Assembly: GCA_051294375.1 (NCBI GenBank)
Contig: CM119271.1
Coordinates: forward strand, 8,980,120 to 9,044,119
DNA from: Paraspadella gotoi
Taxonomy: Eukaryota; Animalia; Chaetognatha
DNA length: 64,000 bases
Reading direction: 5' to 3'
The position numbers and the translations under genes are program-made. Numbering within the stretch: position 1 is the first letter of the stretch; each line of letters opens with the position of its first letter. Of this stretch, positions 26,024-39,035 are shown piece after piece. The notes beneath the pieces are model-generated. The model was not told where the DNA came from. It did not search any database and saw only the letters and a list, made by a program, of their open reading frames with translations.

Positions 26024-29000
26024 ATGAGCGGAACCATGTTCGTTGACGACGAGGACGTGGTCGTCGACGCCGCCCGTCGAGATTCCGACGGCATCGCGGG
26101 GGTCGATCCGATCGGCTCCGCTCTGGGCCACGCCCACTACGACGGAGCCAACTTCAGCGTCGACGACTTTAATCCCTTCTCCGTCAATTCCGTCGTCGAC
26201 GATCACTTCGGACGAGATTCCGACGGCGACGTTTGTGAGTTGATGCTGTCAGGGTTGCGGGGCTTTCGCGGGGTAAAACTGAACGCTCTTTGCATCTCTT
26301 ATAGATAAAATATTTTTTAAAACTAATTTAGAACGGGTCGTTAATACTTATTGTGTATTAAAAACCTCGCCTCGAATTTTCGGTGCCGTTGCTGCAGCCT
26401 TGTCGTAAATTCAAAATTATATTATTTATAATGCAATGTAACTGAAGAAATACAATTAAAAAATTATGGTTGGATGGAGGCCTTAATTCCCCCCCCATAG
26501 CCTGTCCCAAGTCAGGGGCAAAATACCTTATATATTATATATATTTAAATGAATGGATAATTTTTATATTGGTTGTACCAATTTCGTAATATTTAGGTGT
26601 TGGCGGCGGCGAATTCTCTTCGGATGGAGAGAGGCTAGTCGGTGAGTCATGTCAAATCATTATCGCCTCCAAATTGTCTTCCATCACGGATCCGACCTGC
26701 ATTTTTTTTCTGAATTAGATGGAAGCGTCGGGGATGGCGGCTACGGACTGCGTTGGATTCCTTCCCGCATGAGCCGATCGTTGGAGTTCGTTTCACGAAG
26801 CATCACCTCGGGACAGGCCCGGTTCCAGGCCCGGCCTGCTACCATTGGCTTTCAACAAGTACTTTCTCGAACTTGGGAGCGTTCGATGGAAGCGGAGGGA
26901 TTAGAGTTTCACGATTTTAGTGAAAGGGTTTTAACCACTACACCGTTATCAAAAGCGAAAAGAAACCCTTGTCAGAGATGATTATTTAATATGATCTTAA
27001 ATACGATTGAATCTCTCAATCTCATTTACATATTGCAGTATTATATCTAAATGCGTCTAATTTCATTTTGGATTTTGATATTAGTTCTGTTTTATGGTTT
27101 TCTAGTAGCTAAATATATACCCTCGTATACCCTATGTTCAATTGTTCATTCCAGGCAGTTGTCCTGTTGGAAGACGCCGCATTTTACCGGTCCATCAACC
27201 ACAGCCTCCACAATAACGTGTTGGTCGTCTATCGTCTCTACCATTCCAGACTTGTCGTCATGGTCCGATATTTATTCATTTGTTTCATTCACATTTTGGC
27301 CTTTTTCGAACGTCCCTCTTCTCTCTCCATTTCGTCCGACCTCGATCCCTCGTAAGGTTACCAAGTATTATATTAGAATTGAGTCTAATTTTAATTTAAA
27401 CAAAACTTTGAAATTCCTCAAGGCGACACATCGCTTTTTATCAAGTTCCTTCGAGAATTTTGGACGGCCTGGAACTATTCTTTCTTGTCGGATTCCTCGT
27501 CGACGTTTTTTTAAAATCGTATTTGATCGGTGTCCGACAGGTTAGCCGCGCGCAAACTTCTTTTAATGCATGAACATTGTGTACTGTGCTCGAACAATGT
27601 AAATTCTCGTCAATCTTTTTTTTTATCCCACCAGTTTTTCCGCAGTAAGTGGTTGGTCGTTTATCTGGCTGTCGTCTTCGCTTCCGTCATCGAGTGGTGC
27701 GTCGACTTCGCCATTCCGGGCACGAGAATCAGGTGTGCGCCGCGCCCCTCCCCCCGTCCCCCGCCGCCTCTCTTTTTTTGTTCAAATCAAACTTATTATT
27801 ATTATTTATTATTATTATTATTATTATTTTTATATTTTCGTCGACCTCTTTCCTTCCGCAGATTTCGCCGAATTCTTCGACCCTTTTTCCTTCTGCAAAA
27901 TTCCTCTCTCCTTAAGAAAACCGTCCATTGCTTGAAAAAGTCATTGCCGGAAGTTTTGGCAATACTTAGCTTGTTATTGTTACACATCTACATTTTCTCG
28001 CTGCTGTTTTTGTTGATATTTCCTTACGACGCTTCCCTATCTCCGACGATGAGCCCCAGGTTAGCCCAAATATACCTCCCATATATAAATAGCGGGATGT
28101 GTACTTTGGCTGTCCGTCTCTTTTTGGGGGAAACTGTCGTGCAATGTCTTAGAAGTCAAGCGCCTTTCATTTTTTTTCAATTTCAGCGAAAACGTCACCA
28201 CTACGAACAACGAGACCAATATCGTAACTCCTCCGAATTTGGAGGAAGCATTTATTAATTTGTTCGTGCTCTTGACGACGGCTAACAACCCGGATGTAAC
28301 CATGCCACTTTACCGTTATGCGAGGTTTATTACTTTGGCTCAACATCAAGACGCCTGAATTACAATGAAACAACTGATATAAAACCTCTGACCCTCCGTT
28401 TTTAGGTTGTACGCCGTATTCTTCATCGTGTTTTTAATGATTGGTCTTTACTGCTTCATGAACATGCTAACGGCTGTGATATACAACCAATTTCGTGGCT
28501 ACTTCCTCACCTCCATGCAGGTGAAATTTGCGATGGACATAAGAAATATTAAGAAACATTCATTGCGCCTCTTATTGTTTCTTTCAGTCTTCCCACATTC
28601 GCCGCGTGGTGGCACTGCGCGCTTCCTTCGAAATCCTCCGCCACTTGGCGCCGAAAGACGTCTCCCCCAACTCTTCGCTAGACGCCTCGGAGGAGGATTT
28701 AAGGCCGAGGCCTCCTACCGAATTCGTCCCGTCTAGCATGCTCATAGACCTCGTCAACAAGGTCGCCCTCGGAAGATGTCATTCACGTCTACGTAATTGG
28801 AGTAATTAGATTTAATCCAAAATATCTTCATAGGCGAATCTTCGAAATCGCAACAAGCCGATGATCCTCGAGCGAATAGAACGAGTTCCTATCCAACCAG
28901 GCTACTCCAGCAGGCAATTCATGAAGTTGTTCGAGCTGCTGGATTTTCACCCTTTGCTACGAAGACCGACGTCACCGATTCGGTCTAGGCGCTTCAAGCG

Positions 29001-30755
29001 AGTTTTACAACGCGTCTTCCAGCATCATTGGTTCGTATTGACTATTGAGTGATGCCACGTTTTCGTTGAAGTATGTAAATGATTGTGCGACATCTGCATA
29101 TCAGGTTCACCATCTTCGGCAACCTCGTTACCCTGGCCAACGTCGTCTGCATCACGGTGGAACTGCTTCAACCCGTCTCCAAGGCTTTGTCAATTTCGTC
29201 TGAACTCTACGTCTGGAACATGGTCTTCGCCATATACTACGTCGTAGATCTTTGCTGCAAAATCTGGGCCCACGGGTGGGAGCTCTACATGTGGTCGACG
29301 GCCAACGTGTACGAAGGTTTCGTCACCATCCTCATCGTCATCGCCCAGGCCTTTCATATCATGGAGTTCGGGTTTCCCCACGAACGCGGCGATGATCCCA
29401 CTCCCGTTTGGAACATCGGCATCACCTTTCCTGTCGTCGTTAGGGTGATCAACATCCTCATCATTCTGCGTCTGTTGCGCGTCCTGGCGGACATCAAGGT
29501 TGGTTTGTCGAGAGAGGAGTAGATAAAGATGAAACGATGTGGATGACGGATCCGAATTCGTTTTGTCAGGCGATGAATCTGGTGGCTTCGACGATTTACG
29601 ATTTGTTCCTCAACCTGACTCCTTTCGCCGGAATTCTCGTCGTCATGTACTACACTTTCGCCATCATCGGTGAGTTTTTGGGATTCGATGGGATTTTCTC
29701 CTGATCGTCTTCCTTATTTGGCTAATGCGCCTTTTTTTTTCTGTTCAGGCATGGAGATCTTCCGCGGGAAAATCCAATATCCAGCCTTCAACGTCTCCCA
29801 GAATGACTCCGGGATCCGCAACATGTCCTTCAAGGCTTTCGAGTGCGGCAGCTACCAGCAGCTCGAATACTGGCCTAACAATTTCAACGACTTTGCCTCC
29901 TCAATCGTCGTCCTTTGGGATCTTATGGTGGTCAACAACTGGCATGTGTTCTTGCAGGCTTACAAGGAAGTAGAAGGTTCGCCGTCTTTCGATTATGTTT
30001 TCTTAACAGAATGATGCTAGTGCGGAGTTGTAATAGCATCAAAATCAATTAGTAATACTTGAAGATGATATGAATGTGATGATAAGGTCATTCAGCTTAT
30101 TAAAAAGATAATAAGATTATTCAGCTTAACTACCAATTTATCGACTTTTTATTCTTATTTGGACAGGCAAATGGAGTCAACTATTTTTCATTCTCTGGTT
30201 TGTGGTTTCTGTGGTGATCGGACTTAACCTGTTCACGGCTCTCATTTTAGAAAATTTTATAATGAGATGGGACAAAGCTCAGAAAGATCCAGGCGCTCGG
30301 GAAAAATCGGAGGAGGTTCCTACAATCGCAGGTAAATTGCTTTTAGTTGTAAATCTTATTTACATATTGCGGAAAATATTTTAAAAGTTTTTTTTTTTTA
30401 ACGGTTAACATAAGTGAAATATGATCCTGTCTCTCTCTCTCTCTCTCTCTGTTTTCCCAGGCGAGAGACATAATCAGCCTCACCTGACGGTGTCCGAGTT
30501 GGAGGAATCAGTTAACCACACGGTTCACAATCTCTTTCGCAATAATTTTCGAGAGCCAGACGAAACGGAAATTTTGAAGGTGAATTTGGATTAAGTAAGC
30601 TTTTTGTAAAGTATTATTAACTTTATTTAATTTTTTTTTTCCTCTAGGCCGTCAGAAGTCATGCTCATCTGAAAACATTGTTAAAAACTGTGGATCCTCG
30701 CGGTGACGGAGAAGCGTTAAACGCCGATGAGCCAAGGACGTCTTCGCCGAGGTGA
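26024..30755 (+). CDS. TPCN2: Two-pore channel 2, multi-exon
   Basis: AVVLLEDAAFYRSINH, RFRRILRPFFLLQNSSLLKKT, LFVLLTTANNPDV (pore 1), MNMLTAVIYNQFRGY, CGSYQQLEYWPNNFNDFASS, LWDLMVVNNWHVFL (pore 2), NLFTALILENFI. Confidence 0.93.
26474..26587 (+). repeat. Short dispersed intronic repeat family, copy 1 (others at ~44071-44190 and ~50552-50637)
   Basis: Shared blocks GGAGGCC, CATAGCCTGTCC.AAGTCA.GGG and TAAATGAATGGATAATTTTTATATTGGTTGTACCAATTTC. Confidence 0.75.
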
Positions 30756-31924
30756 AGTGTGGAGATTGATGAGTCTTCAATGAAGACGGCTGTAAAAATA
30801 CATACGTAATACATAGGGTATAAGTTTACATAGAATCGATGGATGTATGTAGATTTTGAAACGTTGGTTGTACCTTTAATTCTTCAGACCTCCAAACGTT
30901 TAACGCAAGAAAGGTGAGGTTCCACTTCATCCTTGACTTTGGAGCATCCCCGATTCCGTCAGTTGAACAAAACTATTCCAGAATCAATTTCAGTGCATTC
31001 CTCGTTATAATGAAATTTTACAAAATATTGTTTGTTGATTAGGTGTCAATATGCTCGCGTTAATTTTTTTATAATTCGGTGTTTTACCAAATTTTTGTGT
31101 TTTCAATTTATTTGCGTCGTTATTACTCTCGAGTCATTAGTAAAAGACCGGACCTTATCTTGTCAACGTCACGTTTTATATACTGTCAAAAAAAATTTAA
31201 GTCACCAAAAACAGTCTGACCAGTTAGCTACCTCACGGACTTTTTACGCAACGTCTAGTTGTGCCACATTGTTTGGTAAAAGATGACATAAAATCATCAT
31301 TTCCCAACAAATAAATAGGAATAAATAATAAAAATGGCGTATACCACCATCATAGCTGCCTTTTGTGTAGCTATAAAAATATAAAAATAAAAAGAAATTC
31401 AAAAAATATTTTAACATATACTTTAAAATTACATTCAAATTATAAAGGTGCCCCTATAAAATTTGCCCCAGTATGTATCCCTATCAGAACATACAATTAT
31501 CCTTATGATAAAAACAATCATACAATATAACCTTAATCCCCAAAAAATTATCCATTCCCCCCTTTTTATTCGGCCTTATAAATGTTCTGAGTTTCTCATT
31601 AATGATTTTCCAACAGGAACAATGTACGATATTTATTAGAAAACTGGGACAGAAAGTAATCAAATCTTGTGTTGTGTAGATGTTCCCTCTATTTCAGGAA
31701 CACAACACTAACGTCCCCGTCCCAAACAGATAATATTATATTTAAATATTTTACACAAAAATATTTTAACAAGTAAATAAAATCATAAATAATAGTTATT
31801 TTAAATAGAAAAAAAAGAAAAAGGAAAAGAAATAATTAAAGATAGTAAAACAAATAATTTTTAAACTTTCATAATCTGATTACGCCAAGATGCCATTCGA
31901 ATTTTGCCTCCATCAATACGTCCC

Positions 31925-32250
31925 GCCGTCAACCAATCAGGTTTCCACCCTCATTTCTTTCACTCCGACTCCAGCGCCAATCGCCTTTCTTTTCTCCTCG
32001 TCCCCGACCAATCGGAATTCAGACTCCGCTTGGCCGAGATTATGTTGCAAGAACTGTCGACATGGCAGATTGTGCATTTGGGCTCTCTCTCTCTCGATTT
32101 CTCCTTTTCTTTCGCTCTCTCGTTTCCGGTTCCGCGAGCGCAGGGTGCCATACCTGTTGTGTTCTTGGGCATCTTCTCTAATCGCTTTTGTTTCTTATCA
32201 GTTGCCCACCGCCTTCCCCCCACTTTCTTCCAAATGGCCGGAATAAAGGT
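31925..32250 (+). promoter_or_regulatory. Putative promoter region with CCAAT boxes and a YY1-like site upstream of the zinc-finger gene
   Basis: AACCAATCAG (~31931), GACCAATCGG (~32007) and AAATGGCCG (~32232) follow a long AT-rich intergenic tract. Short motifs only. Confidence 0.35.
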
Positions 32251-32697
32251 TGATCGACGAGCGTCTATTTCTTCCTTCTGCTTTTTCTCTCTAACTCGCG
32301 CGAAGATGCGGAGCCAGCAATTTCCGTTTTCTCTCTCTCTCTCTATTGCGCTCACTCGTTTTCTCTCTCGCTTTCTTATCCCCGGGAGACTCGGCGAAAC
32401 AAATTCATCATTTTTTCGGCTAAAACGACGTCGGACGATTTTGGGCTGAATCGCTCTTCGTGGTTTTATCTCGTTAGTGGCTCGGCGGCTTCGCTCTTTT
32501 TGCTTTTTCGCATTGGGGAATTTTGGAAAAATTTCCTTTCATAAAAATGGACAAATTTGGAGATTTGTGCTTTTGGTTTTTGGACCATCTCGCCATATTT
32601 TTATTTATCATTTTCATTTTTATATGTTTATCCTTTTGTTATACATATTTAGCTTAAATTTTGACATAAAAAAAAAGCAAAGCGCGCATTTTGCGCA

Positions 32698-34956
32698 ATG
32701 AGTAACGCAGGGGAATCCTATGTAAATCCTCGAACGCTGACGAATGGAACCGTGATTCACTTAACCGGAAAACTCGCGCCGGAAGAAGTGGCCAAGACGC
32801 TGGCCAGTCTTTGCGGGAGCGAAACCCATCATCGATTGACCCAACGAATCCAAAGAACGCTGGCTCGTTGGCAACAACGCAAGAGAAACTACGGACCCGA
32901 GAGAGTCCAGGCTTTTCTTGAAACTCCCTTCTTCCAAAGTAACGTGGAGGAACTTCGACCCTCGACGATGGAGAAGCAAGGGAGAACATTGTTGAGACTT
33001 CCCTTCAGACGAACGACGACGACATCTCTCTTGTTGGCGATGGCCAAGCAAATACGATCGTCCAAGCCCAACGGTGTTGCGCCCGAGACGCTCGCCAACG
33101 TTTCTTCGGGGCCGAACGGCGGATTGTCGCTCAACGACCTCCTCCATCGCTCCCTAGATCCGGCGGAACGAGAGAAGACTATGGCCTTTTTCAAAAGGAA
33201 GAGAAACCCTTACCGGTGCAGGTCGGAGAAATTCGTCTCCGATCTCGCCGCCAATCTGGTTCTCGTCGACGAGCCGCTTCGACATCTGGATGAGCTTCTC
33301 GAGAAGTCCTTTCGAATTTCCGAGTTGGAGCAACATCATCGCCTTTTGTGCGACGACGAGAAATTGGAGGAATCGACGAAAAACCATCTGCGGACTTATG
33401 ATTGCCTCGTCCAATTCTGGAAAGGTTTGTACGTGCAGACGCTAAATCTCGTTATGGAATGGAAGGGACGATCGCGCGCGGATTATGACGAACTTGATGA
33501 TGAAATCGAGAAAACCAATGACGAGAAAAAAACGTCGAAGACGCAAGATTATAGACATCTGACGAACGCGTCTAAACCTGAATTAAATCCAGTCGACCTC
33601 GACCTCTTCCAAAGCAACGTTACCTCTTACCAACCGGAGCGTCTCCAGCGAACCGGTTCCGAATCATCGACCTTCCTCGACGCCGTCAACGGGTACGTCG
33701 TGAAAGAAGAGACGGATTTTCTTAAGGTCGACGTTTCGTCCTTCGACGATTATCCCGTCGATCCACTCGAGGATCCCGACCCTTCCTCCAACGAGTCAAC
33801 GATCGGCGAGGTCGACCGATCGATCGACTCGTCCGTCTCTTCCCGAGGACGAAAGTTGAAGCGTCGCTTCACCGACGACCAACTTCGCGACGACGAGAAT
33901 TCGAGAGATTCGGGAGAGGAATTCACGCCCAGCGGGCCGAAGCCGGTGGTTGTCAAGAAACGTGGACGGCCGAGAAAATATCCGGAAGAGGTTCCTCATT
34001 TAGGTCCGCCTCCCGGTCAGATTATTTTTCGACCCCCAGGTCGCCCTCGCGGTCGGCCTCCCCGGATACCGGTTTTTAGCGACCACAGAATTCGAGAAGC
34101 AGAGCTTCCGAATAATCCCGAGGAGCAGCCCCTTTCTAAACCGGCGCCGCCATTAAAATGCCGCCTCTGCGGCAAAATCGTGATAAAAAACGTTCAATAT
34201 CACATGATCGATCATCACGGGGCCGAATACGCTCACCTCTGCCCACTCTGCGAAGATCAATCCATCGACGACATGATTTTCCACTTAAACACCGTCCATT
34301 TCCACAGGAAGATGTACACTTGCGACCAATGCCCCAACTCTTTCATCACGGAGAACCGACTCAATCGCCACAAGGTGCGTCACTCGTCCATTTACAAGTT
34401 TTTTTGCAAAGACTGCAGCGCCTCTTTTTGCAGCGCCGATTTTCTCGAGCGCCACACGTGCCAAGGAAAAGGGGCGAAGAACATCTCTTCTAAAAAACAA
34501 AGCAAACCAAAGGTGTCGGAGGAAGATCGTTGCTGGATTTGCGACTTGTGCGGAACCGTCGTCACGGGAAAGGCGACACTCAACAGAAAGATCAGACAAC
34601 ACAAGCTGAGGGCTCATAATCCCCAGCAGAGAGCCTACACTTGCAAGATTTGCCGAAAATCTTTCGTCAACAGTCAGACGCTGAAATTACACGGGTTAAT
34701 TCATTCGGACTTCAAGCCTTTCGTTTGTTTTCACGAAGGCTGCGGGAAAAAGTTTAAAACTTCCAAGAATCTGAGTCAACACAAGCATTTTCACAGAGGA
34801 CGCCGGTTCTGCTGTCCTTGCGGGCTCAAATTTTTTTTTAGATATCAATTGACGGGTCACAAATCCAAATGCGGAATTCCGTCTTTCGATACAAACGAAC
34901 CTCCTATTGAATACAACTTGAGATTGGGCGACAGTCTCAATTATCCTCTGAAATGA
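32698..34956 (+). CDS. Intronless C2H2 zinc-finger protein with AT-hook motifs (752 aa)
   Basis: Uninterrupted ORF. KKRGRPRK and GRPRGRP AT-hooks, then an array of CxxC...HxxxH fingers, for example CKICRKSFVNSQTLKLHGLIHSDFKPFVC. Confidence 0.92.
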   Translation: MSNAGESYVNPRTLTNGTVIHLTGKLAPEEVAKTLASLCGSETHHRLTQRIQRTLARWQQRKRNYGPERVQAFLETPFFQSNVEELRPSTMEKQGRTLLRLPFRRTTTTSLLLAMAKQIRSSKPNGVAPETLANVSSGPNGGLSLNDLLHRSLDPAEREKTMAFFKRKRNPYRCRSEKFVSDLAANLVLVDEPLRHLDELLEKSFRISELEQHHRLLCDDEKLEESTKNHLRTYDCLVQFWKGLYVQTLNLVMEWKGRSRADYDELDDEIEKTNDEKKTSKTQDYRHLTNASKPELNPVDLDLFQSNVTSYQPERLQRTGSESSTFLDAVNGYVVKEETDFLKVDVSSFDDYPVDPLEDPDPSSNESTIGEVDRSIDSSVSSRGRKLKRRFTDDQLRDDENSRDSGEEFTPSGPKPVVVKKRGRPRKYPEEVPHLGPPPGQIIFRPPGRPRGRPPRIPVFSDHRIREAELPNNPEEQPLSKPAPPLKCRLCGKIVIKNVQYHMIDHHGAEYAHLCPLCEDQSIDDMIFHLNTVHFHRKMYTCDQCPNSFITENRLNRHKVRHSSIYKFFCKDCSASFCSADFLERHTCQGKGAKNISSKKQSKPKVSEEDRCWICDLCGTVVTGKATLNRKIRQHKLRAHNPQQRAYTCKICRKSFVNSQTLKLHGLIHSDFKPFVCFHEGCGKKFKTSKNLSQHKHFHRGRRFCCPCGLKFFFRYQLTGHKSKCGIPSFDTNEPPIEYNLRLGDSLNYPLK

Positions 34957-35176
34957 CGCCAATATGATTAAATTGATTTGATATTGCTATGTTCTGGTCA
35001 CGCTGTTGCAACATTTTATTTTTATATTTTAAAGCTTTTTAGTTATTTTTTTATTAGATCTACGCTGCTTTTGATGAATACAAAATAAAAGATAAGTCTT
35101 GTGTCACAAAAAATTTTTAAAAAAACGGCGGTACACTCAGTTTCGAGGATGGACGCTTGGTCGCCGGCTTGACACG

Positions 35177-36024
35177 ATGCTCTTCTCTCTCAAGGAAATC
35201 ACGAAACTCACCCGGTTCTCCGTCTTCGAGCTCCTCGTTCACGTTTTATCCATCCTCGTCTTTTCCATCTTGATCGCTTTGAGGGTGAGATTGAGGGAAG
35301 GGGAGTTTTCTCGAGAAAATTGTTACAAAATGTAGTTGTACCTTAATTACAATGAATCGGCCTTTCGACAGATCGACGGAGTAGTTGAGCTTTCCTGGCC
35401 GATCTGCTTCACCCCGCTCTTCTGCGCCGACGGACTTAACGCTTACTTTGCCCTCATCATCTTCATCCGACTTCACGCCATCAAGGAAAACAAACAAGCG
35501 GGTAAACTACGACGATTAAGATAGATTATCATCGACCAACAAACAAAACAAATAAACAAACAAACAAGCGGGTAAACCACGACGATTAAGATAGATTATC
35601 ATCGACCAACAAATAAACAAACCAAGCGGGTAAACCACGACGATTAAGATAGATTATCATCGACCAACAAATAAACAAACAAACAAGCGGGTAAACCACG
35701 ACGATTAAGATAGATTATCATCGACCAACAAACAAAACAAATAAACAAACAAACAAGCGGGTAAACTAAGACGATTAAGAGAGATTATCATCGACCAAGC
35801 TTTGAATCCCGAATCTTATTCTTCCCCGTCTCCTTCTTCCAGGGTTCCGGACGCTTTGGTCTTTGCTCTGCGTCTCGTTGATGTTCGTCGGGAAACTCCT
35901 AGTCTGTCAAACCATAGAAGACTCGGTCGAAATAAAGTGCGGCGAGGCCCTGGCTCCCACTTTCGTTCTCATTGTTCTTTTAATGTTTAAAGCTTGCCAG
36001 GGCGGAGGCAGCAGCAACTCTTAA
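35177..36024 (+). CDS. TMEM203: Transmembrane protein 203 (3 exons: 35177-35283, 35371-35501, 35843-36024)
   Basis: MLFSLKEI..FSVFELLVHVLSILVFSILIALRIDG..W..CFTPLFCADGLNAYFALIIFIRL, C-terminus LLMFKACQ. Confidence 0.88.
35488..35798 (+). repeat. Minisatellite of five ~58-70-bp units spanning the TMEM203 exon 2 donor site
   Basis: Unit AAAC(A/C)AAGCGGGTAAAC.A.GACGATTAAGA.AGATTATCATCGACCAA occurs five times. Confidence 0.95.
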
Positions 36025-36115
36025 ATTAAAGCAGGGAACGCTCGCTTTACCTACGGACTTCTGGCCCCGACTTGCCTTCCTCCCACCCCCGCTTACTGCC
36101 AACGAAAATATAAAA

Positions 36116-36804
36116 ATGGTGAAAATATTTTCCATCTGCGTCGTGCACAAGAGCCCGACGACGGGCAAGGCAACCCTGCTGGCCAAGGCCGAGCGGTTGG
36201 ACAGTTTCGGTTTCTTTCAACGGAGCAGCGCCTCGGAATTCCTATGTTTCACGGCGCAGACGCTGGCCGAACGCACCGAGAAGCACGCGCGCAATTCGGT
36301 CAAACAGGATGACTACATGTGCCACTGCTACGTGCGTGGGGACTCGCTGGCGGGCGTGGTCTGCTCGGACACCGAGTATCCCCAGCGGGTCGCCCACTCG
36401 CTTATTTCCAAAGTATTAGACGATTTTACGGAGAAGGTAAAGGACGAAAAGGGGAGGAAGGGACAGATGATTTTGACGGGAATTTATTGTTAAGAATCGT
36501 TCCCCTTCTCCATTTTCAGGTACCTTCGTCTCAGTGGTCCACCGGCGACGCAAGCGCAATCCATTTTCCCCAGTTAAATCAATACTTAGAGAGATTCCAG
36601 AACCCGGCCGAGGCGGACGCCATGACCAAGTTGCAGACGGAGCTCGACGAGACCAAGATCATCCTTCACGACAACATCGACAAGATCCTCGATCGCGGGG
36701 AGAAACTCGACGATCTGGTGGCCAAATCCGAGGGTCTCTCTTATCAGTCTAAAGCCTTTTACACCACCGCGAGAAAGACCAACTCCTGCTGCGTCATTTT
36801 GTGA
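36116..36804 (+). CDS. YKT6: Synaptobrevin homolog YKT6 (2 exons)
   Basis: Longin domain FGFFQRSSASEF, SNARE motif ELDETKIILH..ILDRGEKLDDLVAKSE.LS.QSKAFY.TARKTN, and CCVIL prenylation box. Confidence 0.97.
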
Positions 36805-37405
36805 AGCAGAAGAGCGACTCATTCAAACGGACAACGAAAATGACATCGCGCCGGTTCTTTCGACCGATGGCGGGGTCAAGTTCAGCGCCTTGTCTGACAG
36901 GCCTTTAGTATTTACTATTTAATTTTTTCCTCAACAAAAAAAAAACACACACAAAAAAAGAAAGAAATAAAACGTTCCGCGCGTTGTTCCGCTAGAATCG
37001 GGACCAACTGTATCGCATATCCGTAAAATCGACTGTGATCTGTGGAATAGCAAATGACTTTAATCGGAAAAAAATAAACTAGAATATATTACAATGCGGT
37101 TATTAATAAATTTTTTTTTCCATTCCGTCTCTCGCGTTTCCAATTCCGCTCTGCACTGTCTCCCCCGACCTAGCAACAGCTTAGAGAAATCGATTCGAAT
37201 TATTTTTTTCATTTTTATTAAAAACAATTTTTTCCCTTTGTACAAAACGCGTGGTGATTCCTTATTTTTTAGATCGTAGTTAGACATCATCCACTTATGA
37301 GGATATAAAAACATTTGTACCAACTCTCTCTCTCTCTAGCGCCATAACTCTTTCGACCACACAGTTTCACCTTATCGAACAATCTCTCTATTCCCCACCG
37401 CAACA

Positions 37406-38606
37406 ATGTTGTCTAGTCACCTCCTCTTCCTCCTCAACCTCCTCCTCCTCGTCCTCATCGCCGCCGCTGGACGAGACTTTTACAAGATCCTCAACGTGCC
37501 AAAGTCTGCGACGACGGAGCAGATCAAGAAGGCCTACCGGAAGTTGGCCAAGAAGTATCACCCCGACATCAACAAGGACGACCCCGACGCCGCCAAGAAG
37601 TTCCAGGACATCGGCGCCGCTCACGAGGTTCTCACGGACGAGAAGAAGCGGCGGACTTACGATCGGCACGGCGAGGAAGGGTTGAAGGTGAGGAGTGGAA
37701 AAATGTTTAATCATAGTTCAAAAATTCATGCCTCCTGCATGGAAATATTAAGAAGATCCTCGATCGTCAAGTCATTATTAATTAAAACTCCATTAAACCT
37801 CCATCTTCTATTGACAGGAAGGCGGCGGCGGTGGCGGCGACATGTTCTCCTCCGTCTTTGGAGACTTTTTCGGATTCGGGGGCAACGAAGGTGGCGGCGG
37901 GGAACGGGAAATTCCCAGAGGCGGCGATGTGGTCGTCGATCTCGACGTGACTCTGGAGGAGCTCTACTCGGGACAGTTCATCGATATCGTCCGCTACAAA
38001 CCGATCGCCAAGCCCACTTCCGGCACCCGGAAGTGCAACTGCCGTCAGGAGATGCAGACGATCCAGCTCGGGCCCGGCCGGTTCCAGATGACTCAACAGC
38101 AGGTCTGCGACGACTGTCCCCAGGTTCGAATGGTCAACGAAGAGCGCGAACTTGAGGTGGAAGTGGAACCGGGAATGGTCCACGGCCAGGAGCATCCCTT
38201 CATCGCCGAAGGCGAGCCACACATCGACGGGGAACCGGGCGACCTCAAATTCCGCGTCGTCGAACTCAAACACCCGGTATTCGAGAGACGCGGCAACGAT
38301 CTCTACGTCAACGTGACCGTCCCGCTACAGGAGGCGCTGACGGGATTCGACATTGGCGTCACTCACCTCGACGGTCACGTCGTGCGCGTTCAACGCGATC
38401 GTGTCACGTGGCCCGGCGCGCGCATTAAGAAGGCCAAGGAGGGAATGCCGCTTTACGACGACAACAACGCGAGGGGCGATCTTTATATCACCTTCGATGT
38501 TGACTTTCCCAAGGGCGAACTCGCCGCCGGGGACAAAGAGGCGTTGAAGGACATCCTCAAACAGTCCTCCGTCCACAAGATCTACAACGGGCTGCAGGGA
38601 TATTGA
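37406..38606 (+). CDS. DNAJB11: ER DnaJ co-chaperone ERdj3 (2 exons)
   Basis: Signal peptide, [10 protein letters not shown]-domain with [33 protein letters not shown]-terminus YNGLQGY. Confidence 0.97.
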
Positions 38607-39035
38607 AATAACATTTCTCTCTCTCTCTCTTGATCAGGAAAAAAAAAACATTTTTCCCCTCAAGTTCTCAATCCGTAACCAACATTCATTCCCTCCCACA
38701 ATCATATTTTTTCATGAGCTTCCCTTTTTTCAACGGAATTCAGTTGCGTTTTTTTTTTTCGGACTAGCTAGATTTTCGAGTTAAAAATTCCCTGTCGATT
38801 TATTTTTCCTTTAGTCACATTTTTGAATTGTCAAGGAGCGTAATTTTCATCTTGGTTATTTTTTTATAAATATAAAAATCGATTCACGTCGCACAATATT
38901 TTTTTTTTTTCGTCCGCAATTGATTTTTTTGCGTCACGGTGTAATTTCTAACGTTTAGCGAATTTCTCGTCGTCGATGAAACGTCGCGTGAGAAGGGAAC
39001 GTCGACGCGTCATTCGAAGACATCGCAATCCATAC

